Shown here one piece after another: positions 1-7,569 of a stretch of DNA of 39,364 nt. This DNA comes from Candidatus Faecivivens stercorigallinarum (GTDB lineage: Bacteria; Bacillota; Clostridia; Oscillospirales; Ruminococcaceae): positions 1 to 39,364 of the forward strand of contig DVLN01000134.1 in NCBI GenBank assembly GCA_018715465.1, in the 5' to 3' direction. Positions within the stretch are counted from its first letter, which is position 1. Every line of letters begins with the position of its first letter. The position numbers and the translations under genes are program-made. The notes under the pieces are model-generated. The model was not told the DNA's origin. It saw nothing but the letters and a program-made list of their open reading frames with translations, and did no database searches.

Positions 1-1260
1 CTTCCCAAACTGCGCAAGGAGTGGAAGGAGCTGGCGGAAAAGGAAGCCAAGCTCCAGGAAGAATATGATCAGCTTTCCGAAGAACAGCAGTATGCTAAAC
101 ATGGTGAGCTGGACCAGGCCAAAAAGCTGACTGAAGATGCTATGCTCAATATGACCAAGTTGGTCGGCGGCTTGATTGCAGTGGATGATCTGCATCCGGT
201 AATGGCTGCTTATGAAAAGGCTTATGGTATCGCACGCGAGATTACAAAACTTGACGATCAGCTTCAGGACGCTCAGGTTACACAGGCTGATGCTGCTTTT
301 GCTCTCGAAAAAGGTAAGGGAACACAGGCGAAAGTAGATGCAGCTACTGCAAAGGTGACTGAGATTCAGTCGAAGATTGACGGATATCGTGTTCAGATGG
401 AAGCGGCACGTAAAGATATTGATGCTTTGCGCGAACAGTATAAAGATCTGCCGATGTTCCAGAAATATGAACCTTACCGTGATGACGGTATCGACCTTGC
501 TAGATTGACCTACAATGAAATGCGCAAGCTCCGCCGCGATTTGCAGCTGATTTTCCAGGACCCGTACTCTTCGCTGAACCCGCGTATGAGTGTCGGCCAG
601 ATTATCAGCGAAGGTATGCAGGCGCATGGCATGATTCATAAGCGGGATGAACGGATGCAGGAGATGGTTCTGAAGGTCATGGACCAGTGCGGTCTGGCAC
701 CTTACTTCCTCCATCGTTTCCCGCATCAGTTCTCGGGCGGTCAGCGTCAGAGAATCGGTATCGCCCGTGCACTGGCTACCCATCCCAAATTTGTGGTTTG
801 TGACGAGGCTGTCTCTGCGCTGGACGTTTCCATTCAGGCGCAGATCATCAACCTTTTGCAGGATCTGAAGGAACAGGAGAATCTGACCTATCTGTTTATC
901 ACCCATGACCTTTCGGTCGTCAAGTATATCTCTGACCGTATCGGTGTCATGTACCTGGGTACAATGGTCGAGCTCGCTGACTCTCAGGAGATTTTTGATA
1001 ATCCGGTTCATCCTTATACCGAGGCCCTGCTCAATGCAATCCCCACAACCGAGGAGGAAAGCCGCAAGGAGCTTCAGATTTTGGAGGGGGATATCCCCAG
1101 CCCGGTCAATCCGCCTAAGGGATGCAAGTTCCATACCCGTTGTGCTTACTGTACAGAAATCTGCCGTCAGGTTGTTCCTGAGTGGGAAGAAGTGGCACCG
1201 AACCATTATGTCGCTTGTCATCACAAGCTGCATCGTGTGGATGAAAGGAGCAAGAAATAA
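1..1260 (+). CDS. OppF/DppF-type oligopeptide/dipeptide ABC transporter ATP-binding protein (5' end outside window) carrying a long coiled-coil insertion
   Basis: Frame 1 is open from base 1 (LPKLRKEWKELAEKEAKLQEEYDQL...), so the ATG at 142 is internal. From nt 541 onward: Q-loop LQLIFQDPYSSLNPR, signature FSGGQRQRIGIARAL, Walker B FVVCDEAVSALD, H-loop FITHDL. The C-terminal oligopeptide-type extension reads NPVHPYTEALLNAIP...CKFHTRCAYCTEIC. Walker A is not in the window. Confidence 0.85.
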   Translation, partial: LPKLRKEWKELAEKEAKLQEEYDQLSEEQQYAKHGELDQAKKLTEDAMLNMTKLVGGLIAVDDLHPVMAAYEKAYGIAREITKLDDQLQDAQVTQADAAFALEKGKGTQAKVDAATAKVTEIQSKIDGYRVQMEAARKDIDALREQYKDLPMFQKYEPYRDDGIDLARLTYNEMRKLRRDLQLIFQDPYSSLNPRMSVGQIISEGMQAHGMIHKRDERMQEMVLKVMDQCGLAPYFLHRFPHQFSGGQRQRIGIARALATHPKFVVCDEAVSALDVSIQAQIINLLQDLKEQENLTYLFITHDLSVVKYISDRIGVMYLGTMVELADSQEIFDNPVHPYTEALLNAIPTTEEESRKELQILEGDIPSPVNPPKGCKFHTRCAYCTEICRQVVPEWEEVAPNHYVACHHKLHRVDERSKK

Positions 1261-1263
1261 ACC

Positions 1264-1488
1264 ATGCTGTTTCCCAAGCGCGTCGAACGCGCAATGAAAT
1301 TTGGTAAAAAGACGCGCGATGAGAGGGAAGCGATTGAAGAGCGTGATGAAGACTCTGCTCTGCTGGATCATATGGAAAAGGGTGACCTGACTGCTATGAT
1401 CCTTTCGGCGCTTCTGATTCTGGTACCAGTTGCAATTGTTGTACTGGCAGTTATGGTATTCGGCGGAATGTTGCTTTACCGTATTTGA
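1264..1488 (+). CDS. small single-pass membrane protein, unknown function
   Basis: 74-aa ORF starting 4 nt after the ABC ATPase stop. It has a charged N-terminus (KKTRDEREAIEERDED) followed by one hydrophobic span (AMILSALLILVPVAIVVLAVMVFGGMLL). A strong terminator follows. AAGGAG lies 14 nt upstream, which is rather far. Confidence 0.5.
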   Translation: MLFPKRVERAMKFGKKTRDEREAIEERDEDSALLDHMEKGDLTAMILSALLILVPVAIVVLAVMVFGGMLLYRI

Positions 1489-1500
1489 ATGATCTTTTTT

Positions 1501-1542
1501 ACCCCGTCCTGCGCTGCTGATGCGGCGCAGGACGGGGTTTTT
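1501..1542 (+). terminator. rho-independent terminator of the ABC ATPase/small-protein operon
   Basis: ACCCCGTCCTGCGC (1501-1514) pairs with GCGCAGGACGGGGT (1525-1538), followed by TTTTT. Confidence 0.8.
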
Positions 1543-1583
1543 GCTGGTGTTTTCATCCATGCCAGTCAGATCAGCTTAAATAA

Positions 1584-1640
1584 ATAACCTCCCTGGAGTA
1601 CAACGGTTTGACAACCGTATGCAATATCCAGGGAGGTTAT
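1584..1640 (-). terminator. long hairpin downstream of the solute-binding protein gene (probable terminator)
   Basis: 14-bp stem ATAACCTCCCTGGA / TCCAGGGAGGTTAT enclosing an inner hairpin ACGGTT-TGAC-AACCGT. On the minus strand it is followed by ATTTATTTAA. Confidence 0.45.
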
Positions 1641-1708
1641 AATTTATCACTGAAATGGAGCCGGGAGAGGAAGGTCCGTCCTCCCTCTCCGGCAGTGAGA
1701 TTTGGCAG

Positions 1709-3316
1709 TTATTTACCGTTGTTTGCGCGCCAGTTGTCCAGCTGGGTCTGCTTTTCAGCCATATATTCCTGGTAGCCGGCAGCGTTCAGTTTGTCGAGCA
1801 TCTCAGGGATAGCAGTCTCAGGGTCAGACATGCCGTATTCGATCGACTTCTGGTATTCGGTATAGGCGTTGGACAAAGCAGTATACTGGGTAGCAACTGT
1901 CGAGTTGTCAAACTGGAAACCGGATGCCTCCGAAACGGTTGCATTGGCGTTGAATTCCTCGTAAACATCCCACAGGTTGGTCGGGTTTCCGTATTCCGGC
2001 ATTGCAAGGAACTGGCCGGGAGCCAGCCACTGGAGAGCATGGTTGTATTCCGCGTCTTCCTTGAACTTGGCGGTGCCGTCGATCTCCTCAAAGTCTACGT
2101 CCTTCTCGCCCCACTTGAACAGCTCATTCCATTCGGAAGAGGTGTACATGAAGTTCATATACTGCATCGCTGCGACAATGTCTTCGGTGTTGGAGCAGAT
2201 GCACCAGGGCATCGAAGCAATCGAGTTGGAAGCGGTGAAGTCGGGACCGCCTACAACAATGGTCATGTCCTGACCGCAAAGGGTGGATTCCTGAATATCC
2301 GAACCGGGTTTGTAGTTGGTGATGTAGGACATCAGCGAGCCTGCCTTGACGCGGGCGTTGGCAGCGGTGGTGTCGGTCAGGTCGGAAGGATTGATACAGC
2401 CGTATTTGTACAGCTCAGTCATGCCATTGACCATCTCAAGGTAGGAGTCGTCCGAGAACCAGTCGACGACATCGCCCTTGCCGTAGTCAGCCAGTACGCC
2501 GAAATAGTCGCCGCCCAGTGCGTCAACATCTGTCCAGCCTGCCTGTAAGCCGCCGGGGGAGAAGGTGTCCATGTCGGGGTTGGCATCGTGCGCTGCTTTC
2601 AGAATCGTGATCAGGTCTTCCAGACCGTTTACGCGCCAGACGTCGCTCTCCAGGTCGGGAACGAGATCCATATAATCAGCTGCAGCTTCCAGGTACTGGG
2701 TACCGATTGCCAGTGCAAAACGGCCCTGTGCGTTTTCTTTCTGCTGGGAAACGCCATAGAGGATGCCGTCCGCGCTGCGGCAGGCGTCCAGGATGTCCCA
2801 TCCCATCGTATCAATAATGCCAGAACCATAGGTTTCCAGCAGGCTGTAGCCGTCAACTTCCTGTTCAAGGTCTTCCCAGTAATCTTTTGCAATACCATTG
2901 GTATAACCAACGCTGATCGAAGAGATAATGTCGATCTGCTCACCGCCGGAGATGGACAGGGTAACCGACTGGGTGCGGTTTGCAAAGTCGGTGATCTGCA
3001 TTTCAACCTGAAGGTTCAGGGCAGGGATGGTCAGTTCGTTCATCTTTTCGACGATACGGTCGATACCATCCAGCGTGCCGCTGTAGGTCGGCCAGTTGAC
3101 GACGATGGTCTGCGGTTCGGTGCGTGCCGCGATCGCTTCAGCAGCCGGGTCGGCGGAAGAATCGCCGGAAGAGCTTTCAGAATCGCTGCTGGAAGTGGTG
3201 CTGCTGCCGCTTTGGGAGTCGGTGGTTGAACTGGTGGTATCCGAGCTGCCGCAGGCGGAAAGGCTGGATACAGTCATCAGAGCTGCTGCAAGGGCAATTG
3301 CAATGCGTTTTTTCAT
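1709..3316 (-). CDS. ABC transporter extracellular solute-binding lipoprotein (large, family-1/LplA-like sugar type)
   Basis: Signal peptide with lipobox MKKRIAIALAAALMTVSSLSAC, then a Ser/Thr/Asp-rich linker. The 535-aa size and composition are typical of large CUT1-type binding proteins. Confidence 0.8.
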   Translation of the reverse strand: MKKRIAIALAAALMTVSSLSACGSSDTTSSTTDSQSGSSTTSSSDSESSSGDSSADPAAEAIAARTEPQTIVVNWPTYSGTLDGIDRIVEKMNELTIPALNLQVEMQITDFANRTQSVTLSISGGEQIDIISSISVGYTNGIAKDYWEDLEQEVDGYSLLETYGSGIIDTMGWDILDACRSADGILYGVSQQKENAQGRFALAIGTQYLEAAADYMDLVPDLESDVWRVNGLEDLITILKAAHDANPDMDTFSPGGLQAGWTDVDALGGDYFGVLADYGKGDVVDWFSDDSYLEMVNGMTELYKYGCINPSDLTDTTAANARVKAGSLMSYITNYKPGSDIQESTLCGQDMTIVVGGPDFTASNSIASMPWCICSNTEDIVAAMQYMNFMYTSSEWNELFKWGEKDVDFEEIDGTAKFKEDAEYNHALQWLAPGQFLAMPEYGNPTNLWDVYEEFNANATVSEASGFQFDNSTVATQYTALSNAYTEYQKSIEYGMSDPETAIPEMLDKLNAAGYQEYMAEKQTQLDNWRANNGK

Positions 3317-3472
3317 TAGGGTACATCCTTTCTGTATAATTGTTCAAAAATTCACCCAAATATTTTGCTTGCTGTTTACATTATAGCCTTGCATATTGAA
3401 AATGTCAATCATTTGGCGGCCGATTAATCGTTATTTGCACAGGTTCGCAGAATACTGCCAATACGACCGCAG

Positions 3473-3533
3473 AAAAATACAAACCGCCCTTTTGCGTTGT
3501 TTCCACAGAAAGGAAACCTGCAAAAGGGCGGTT
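3473..3533 (-). terminator. rho-independent terminator of the MBL hydrolase gene
   Basis: AACCGCCCTTTTGC (3482-3495) pairs with GCAAAAGGGCGGTT (3520-3533), with an inner GTTTCC/GGAAAC hairpin. The minus strand continues TGTATTTTT. Confidence 0.7.
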
Positions 3534-3543
3534 GGCCGTTTGA

Positions 3544-4380
3544 TCAGAATTCGATTTCCATTCCATCATAAGAGACGGTAAATCCTTCCGCTTCACGGAT
3601 CATCTGGTCGTAAAGCAGGCCGTCATTATGGGAGAAATGGTTGAGGATAAACCGGGTCGTGCTGTCGCAAATGCCTGCTTCAATCAGCCGGTTTTTGACC
3701 TCCCGGTCGTCCGGCAGTCCCATGTGTCCGCCTTTGGGGCCGACTTTGCTGGTGCCGCAGGTGCCGTCCAGGCTGACAAGATCGATATGTCCGCATTTCC
3801 CGAGGAAATCCCAGACTTCCGGGTAAAAGTTGCCGGTATCGTGGGCATACAGTACCCGTTTATCCGCCTGTTCAATCAGGTAGATGAACGGCTGCCCGTT
3901 TTTCAGCTCGTGCATATGGTTGGCAGGAAGGGGGGTAACGGTATAGTCCCCGGCGGTAACCGGTTCAAACGGGGTCAGGATATGGAAATGCAGCGTGTTC
4001 ATAGTTTCCCGGTTTGCCTCCCAGCTGACCTGATCAAACAGCGCCTTGGTTCCCGCGGCACAGTAAATGTCCAGGTCAGGTGATGTCATCCGGTGGCTGT
4101 AGACGCTGCCGCGGACGGTCAGCTCCTGCGGGTAGAAGTGGTCCATGTGCCAGTGGGTGACAAACAGGTACTTGACCGCCGAAAAGTCCAGTCCGCTCAT
4201 CAGCTTGTGATAATAGGTGTCGGGCGGCAGGTCGATTAGCAGGTCATGGTTGACCAGAGTCTGGGAACGGGTGCGGATATTGCGCCCGCCAAGCCGCGCC
4301 GCTTCCCGGCAGTTTTTGCAGTTGCAGAAGAGGGCGGGCCAGCCTTCCGCCGCGCCGGTTCCAAGGTAGGTCAGTTTCAT
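3544..4380 (-). CDS. MBL-fold metallo-hydrolase (PhnP-like)
   Basis: N-terminus MKLTYLGTGAAEGWPALFCNCKNCREA and metal motif FVTHWHMDHF. RBS GAAAGGAG lies upstream. Confidence 0.85.
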   Translation of the reverse strand: MKLTYLGTGAAEGWPALFCNCKNCREAARLGGRNIRTRSQTLVNHDLLIDLPPDTYYHKLMSGLDFSAVKYLFVTHWHMDHFYPQELTVRGSVYSHRMTSPDLDIYCAAGTKALFDQVSWEANRETMNTLHFHILTPFEPVTAGDYTVTPLPANHMHELKNGQPFIYLIEQADKRVLYAHDTGNFYPEVWDFLGKCGHIDLVSLDGTCGTSKVGPKGGHMGLPDDREVKNRLIEAGICDSTTRFILNHFSHNDGLLYDQMIREAEGFTVSYDGMEIEF

Positions 4381-4415
4381 TTGCGAAGACTCCTTTCGGG
4401 AATGTTGTTTTTTTC

Positions 4416-4444
4416 ATGATAGCAGATTTTTTTCCCTTTGTCCA
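4416..4444 (-). promoter_or_regulatory. candidate sigma-A promoter for the MBL hydrolase gene
   Basis: Minus strand reads TGGACA-17 nt-TGcTATCAT (extended -10). Confidence 0.4.
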
Positions 4445-4557
4445 ACTGCCGGCGGGAAAAAATAATGGGGAATTGCGTCTTGACTTTTTTGCTTTAAAGT
4501 ATTATACTATAACAACAGACGTTGACAGCTGATGCTGCGCGCAAAATCTCTGCGCGA

Positions 4558-4586
4558 TTGACAAACAGTGTATGAAAATGTATAAT
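4558..4586 (+). promoter_or_regulatory. consensus sigma-A promoter upstream of DAHP synthase
   Basis: TTGACA (4558-4563), a 17-nt spacer, then TATAAT (4581-4586). A second promoter, TTGACT-17-TATACT, lies at 4480-4508. Confidence 0.6.
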
Positions 4587-4652
4587 AAGGAAAAAGTCCG
4601 GCCTGGCCGGATCCGGCGTTTCGTGACGCTGATAGGATAGGAGTGTAGAATA

Positions 4653-5681
4653 ATGGCTATGGAAATGGTACGGGTACTGCCCGATCCCGAAGCAATCAAG
4701 GTCCAGTACGGGCTGACCAAGGAGTTCACCGAAAAAAAACAAAAGCGCGATGAGGAAATCGCAAAGGTTTTTACCGGTGAATCCAATAAGTTTCTGATGA
4801 TCATTGGGCCGTGTTCCGCTGACCGGGAGGACGCTGTCCTGGAGTATATCCACCGGCTGGCAAGGCTGCAGGAACAGGTCGCGGATAAAATCCTGATCAT
4901 CCCCCGTATCTATACCAACAAGCCCCGCACGACCGGCGACGGCTATAAGGGTATGCTCCACCAGCCTGACCCTACCAAGGAGTCGGACATGCTCTCCGGT
5001 TTGCTGGCGATCCGTCATCTGCACACCCAGGCTTTTGAAGACACCGGGATGACCTGCGCGGATGAGATGCTTTACCCGGAAAACTACGCGTTTCTGTCCG
5101 ACGTGCTGGGGTATGTCGCGATTGGCGCGCGTTCGGTCGAGAACCAGCAGCACCGTCTGGTCGCTTCCGGCGTTGAACAGCCGATCGGGATGAAAAACCC
5201 GACTTCCGGTGACCTGACCGTCATGCTTAACTCGATTACTGCCGCTCAGCATCATCACACCTTCCTTTATCGCAACGCTGAGGTGCATACCTCCGGCAAC
5301 CCGCTTGCCCATGCAATCCTGCGCGGTGCGGTGGATGCCTACGGCCGTACCCAGCCCAACTATCATTACGAGGACCTGTCCCGTCTGTATGAGATGTACG
5401 CTGCCAAGAATCTGAAGAATATGGCGCTGATCGTAGACGCCAACCATTCCAATTCCGGCAAACAGTACCTTGAACAAATCCGTATTTCTAATGAAGTGCT
5501 GCATTCCTGCCGTCATTCGGATAATATCCGTTCGATGGTCAAGGGCCTGATGATTGAGAGCTACCTCGAAGACGGCGCACAGAAGGTGGAAGAAGGCGTA
5601 TTCGGACGTTCGATCACCGACCCCTGCCTCGGTTGGGAAAAGACTGAAAAGCTCATGTTCACGATCGCTGATCAGCTCTGA
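4653..5681 (+). CDS. 3-deoxy-7-phosphoheptulonate (DAHP) synthase, class I
   Basis: LMIIGPCSADREDAVLEYIHRLARL, IYTNKPRTTGDGYKGMLHQPD and IGARSVENQQHRLVASG are the classic AroF/G/H-type motifs. RBS GGATAGGAG. Confidence 0.9.
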   Translation: MAMEMVRVLPDPEAIKVQYGLTKEFTEKKQKRDEEIAKVFTGESNKFLMIIGPCSADREDAVLEYIHRLARLQEQVADKILIIPRIYTNKPRTTGDGYKGMLHQPDPTKESDMLSGLLAIRHLHTQAFEDTGMTCADEMLYPENYAFLSDVLGYVAIGARSVENQQHRLVASGVEQPIGMKNPTSGDLTVMLNSITAAQHHHTFLYRNAEVHTSGNPLAHAILRGAVDAYGRTQPNYHYEDLSRLYEMYAAKNLKNMALIVDANHSNSGKQYLEQIRISNEVLHSCRHSDNIRSMVKGLMIESYLEDGAQKVEEGVFGRSITDPCLGWEKTEKLMFTIADQL

Positions 5682-5769
5682 TACAAACGAAAATAGATCA
5701 TCTGGCGGGAACTGTCAGCGACCTATTGTCGCGGGCAGTTCCCGCGTATCTATTGAGGAGTGCAGAAAG

Positions 5770-7299
5770 ATGGAAAAGTTTTATCAATGTTTTTTGAAAA
5801 CTGGAATTGACCTTGCTCCATTTGGAATTGAGCGGCGGGAAGAGAATATACCTTATTTCTGTACGCCCAAAGGTGCGGATGTAATCGGCTGGACGGGGGG
5901 CGACGGCATCCACTACTGTTTTGTCCGCGGCTTCGGCGGAATGGTGTTCGCAGTCAGCCCGATGAATGGCGGGAGTGACTGTGTCCATCCGGTCGCGGAG
6001 AATTTCGCGGATTTTCTCCGGCTGCTGATCGCCTGCGGCGGTGAATCTGCAATTGAACAGGCCTGGCAGTGGAGCCGGGAACAGTTCGACGCCTTTTTGC
6101 AGGAATACCCGCCTTCCAATGCAGCAAAGGCTGTGTCTGCGCAGATTACGGAAAAACTCGGGCTTCAGCTGATGGATGACCCGTGGGGGTATATTATGCA
6201 GGTGCAGCAGGCGTTTGATTATACCCGAATTCCATATTCCGAGGATTACGATGACGAGGATATGAACCCCGACGCAAAACCCCAGCCGCCGGAATGGCAG
6301 GTGTACTTTGACGGCAATTTCTGGGGTCATTCCGGACGTGACAAAGAAGGAAAGGAAATCACGGTCGGGAAGTTGTTTGAATGGAACGGCAGGGAATGGC
6401 TGATCCCGGCGGTGTATCTGTGCGGTAAGGGGCTGGTCGTCGACTTTTGTATGCGGGTACCGGCGGATGAAATCCGCGCGTTTCTCGAAAAATGGGAGAT
6501 CGACCCGCAATCGGAAGAAGAAAGGGAATTTTCTCAGGAAGAACAGATGCTGATTGACCTCGACAATCCGCTGAACGTGGATATCAGCCCGGAAGTGGTG
6601 GTCAATGGCAGAAAACTGAACGCCTGTGGTGGGAGCGGGACCTATTATAACCCGGTACTGCCGCATGAGATAGGTGATGAATCTGTCTGGATTGCCGATC
6701 ATTACCAGCTGGACAAAAACGCTGGCTGGATGATTGCACGCTGGAGCTTTGAGTGGGCGACCAGCAAAAAACCAGCAATAAAGGAACTGTCTGTCACCAT
6801 GCGCCAGTACCCAAGAAATATTCCGGGGCCGCATTTTACGGCAGACAAACCGGGCGATACCTTTACCTTTGTCTGTCCGTCAACAGGGGAGCGGCACACC
6901 TTGACGGTTCAGGAAATTCAATCGGATGAGATATCGTCCGAGCGGGATTTTATGCCCGGGTTCGAGTTTCCGTCCCATTACCGGATGATGACCTATACCA
7001 TCACGCCCAAACTGCCCGATGGGGCGGTGCATGTCTTTGACTGTGCAGAATCTGACCAGCCCAGACAAATCCAGCCTGTTTCCCCGGAATATCCGTATCA
7101 GCCCCAGGCATCCATCGGCTGTGCAATCGGCATCATTGGGGGTGCAGATGGGCCGACCGCCATCATGGTTGGCGTGCCGGAAGGGGCAAAGGTACAGACC
7201 GCCTGTTCGTCGCTGCACTTTGAACCGGCTGAAAAAGTCGAATGGCGGCTCACCTTCCGGGAAGAACCCTGCGGGGAAATGGTGGTCAGGCTGATTTGA
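5770..7299 (+). CDS. hypothetical protein (509 aa), no recognisable catalytic motif
   Basis: The track ORF 5554..7299 overlaps the DAHP synthase gene. The first ATG with an RBS (GAGGAG at 5755-5760) is 5770 (MEKFYQCFLKTG...). Coding-like composition runs throughout, and the opposite-strand ORF is an artefact. Confidence 0.7.
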   Translation: MEKFYQCFLKTGIDLAPFGIERREENIPYFCTPKGADVIGWTGGDGIHYCFVRGFGGMVFAVSPMNGGSDCVHPVAENFADFLRLLIACGGESAIEQAWQWSREQFDAFLQEYPPSNAAKAVSAQITEKLGLQLMDDPWGYIMQVQQAFDYTRIPYSEDYDDEDMNPDAKPQPPEWQVYFDGNFWGHSGRDKEGKEITVGKLFEWNGREWLIPAVYLCGKGLVVDFCMRVPADEIRAFLEKWEIDPQSEEEREFSQEEQMLIDLDNPLNVDISPEVVVNGRKLNACGGSGTYYNPVLPHEIGDESVWIADHYQLDKNAGWMIARWSFEWATSKKPAIKELSVTMRQYPRNIPGPHFTADKPGDTFTFVCPSTGERHTLTVQEIQSDEISSERDFMPGFEFPSHYRMMTYTITPKLPDGAVHVFDCAESDQPRQIQPVSPEYPYQPQASIGCAIGIIGGADGPTAIMVGVPEGAKVQTACSSLHFEPAEKVEWRLTFREEPCGEMVVRLI

Positions 7300-7323
7300 A
7301 CGTTCCCGATGGTATCATATAAT
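7296..7323 (+). promoter_or_regulatory. candidate sigma-A promoter with no ORF downstream
   Basis: TTGAAC (7296-7301), a 16-nt spacer, then TATAAT (7318-7323). It overlaps the stop codon of the preceding gene. Confidence 0.4.
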
Positions 7324-7329
7324 AGAAAA

Positions 7330-7553
7330 AGTTTAGTTTGGCTGAATTGGCGGTTCGGAAATTGCAGCAGAAACTTTCGTAAAAAATATAGCAGGTCCAG
7401 GGCGCAGCCCTGGGTGCGCGTAAGCGCGCAACTCTCCCCCAAAAAACCAGCCATTGCCTATGCGGAGCAAGGCAATGGCGAAGAAAGAGGAGGAGCGGTT
7501 GACTTTATCGACAATCTGAAGAACAGCTGACAGGAATATCAGCTGTTCTTTTT
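7330..7553 (+). ncRNA. candidate ~220-nt small RNA (promoter + three hairpins + intrinsic terminator), unnamed
   Basis: Hairpins at 7397-7413 (CCAGGGC-GCA-GCCCTGG), 7415-7430 (TGCGCG-TAAG-CGCGCA) and 7451-7478 (CCATTGCCT...AGGCAATGG), then a terminator at 7521-7553. There is no credible ORF. Confidence 0.3.
7521..7553. terminator. intrinsic terminator, probably bidirectional (also serves spoVB on the minus strand)
   Basis: GAACAGCTGA-CAGGAATA-TCAGCTGTTC followed by TTTTT on the plus strand. It lies 17 nt downstream of the spoVB stop on the minus strand. Confidence 0.7.
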
Positions 7554-7569
7554 GTCTGTGCAATGCAAT

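Noticed and set aside
905-1297. 130-aa ORF overlapping the ABC ATPase 3' end in another frame.
   Set aside because: It lies inside a region with clear ABC signature, Walker B and H-loop motifs in frame 1, so it is an out-of-frame artefact.
5554-5769. Upstream extensions of track ORFs: 5554 for the hypothetical protein, 11667 for relA, 15553 for hemZ, 17114 for the kinase, 18885 for the flippase, 20817 for mazG, 25942 for the DUF134 gene, 30282 for the GGDEF/EAL gene, 31888 for pncB, 33742 for yigZ and 39092 for the esterase.
   Set aside because: These extensions overlap the preceding gene or its terminator. Several begin at non-ATG codons, all lack an RBS, and all add residues absent from the family N-termini. 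Internal starts with good Shine-Dalgarno spacing were chosen instead.
7309-7530. 73-aa ORF in the spoVB-proximal intergenic region.
   Set aside because: It starts before the predicted TSS and has no RBS. Its composition is dominated by Arg, Ser and Lys, and it spans three GC hairpins. The region is more plausibly non-coding.
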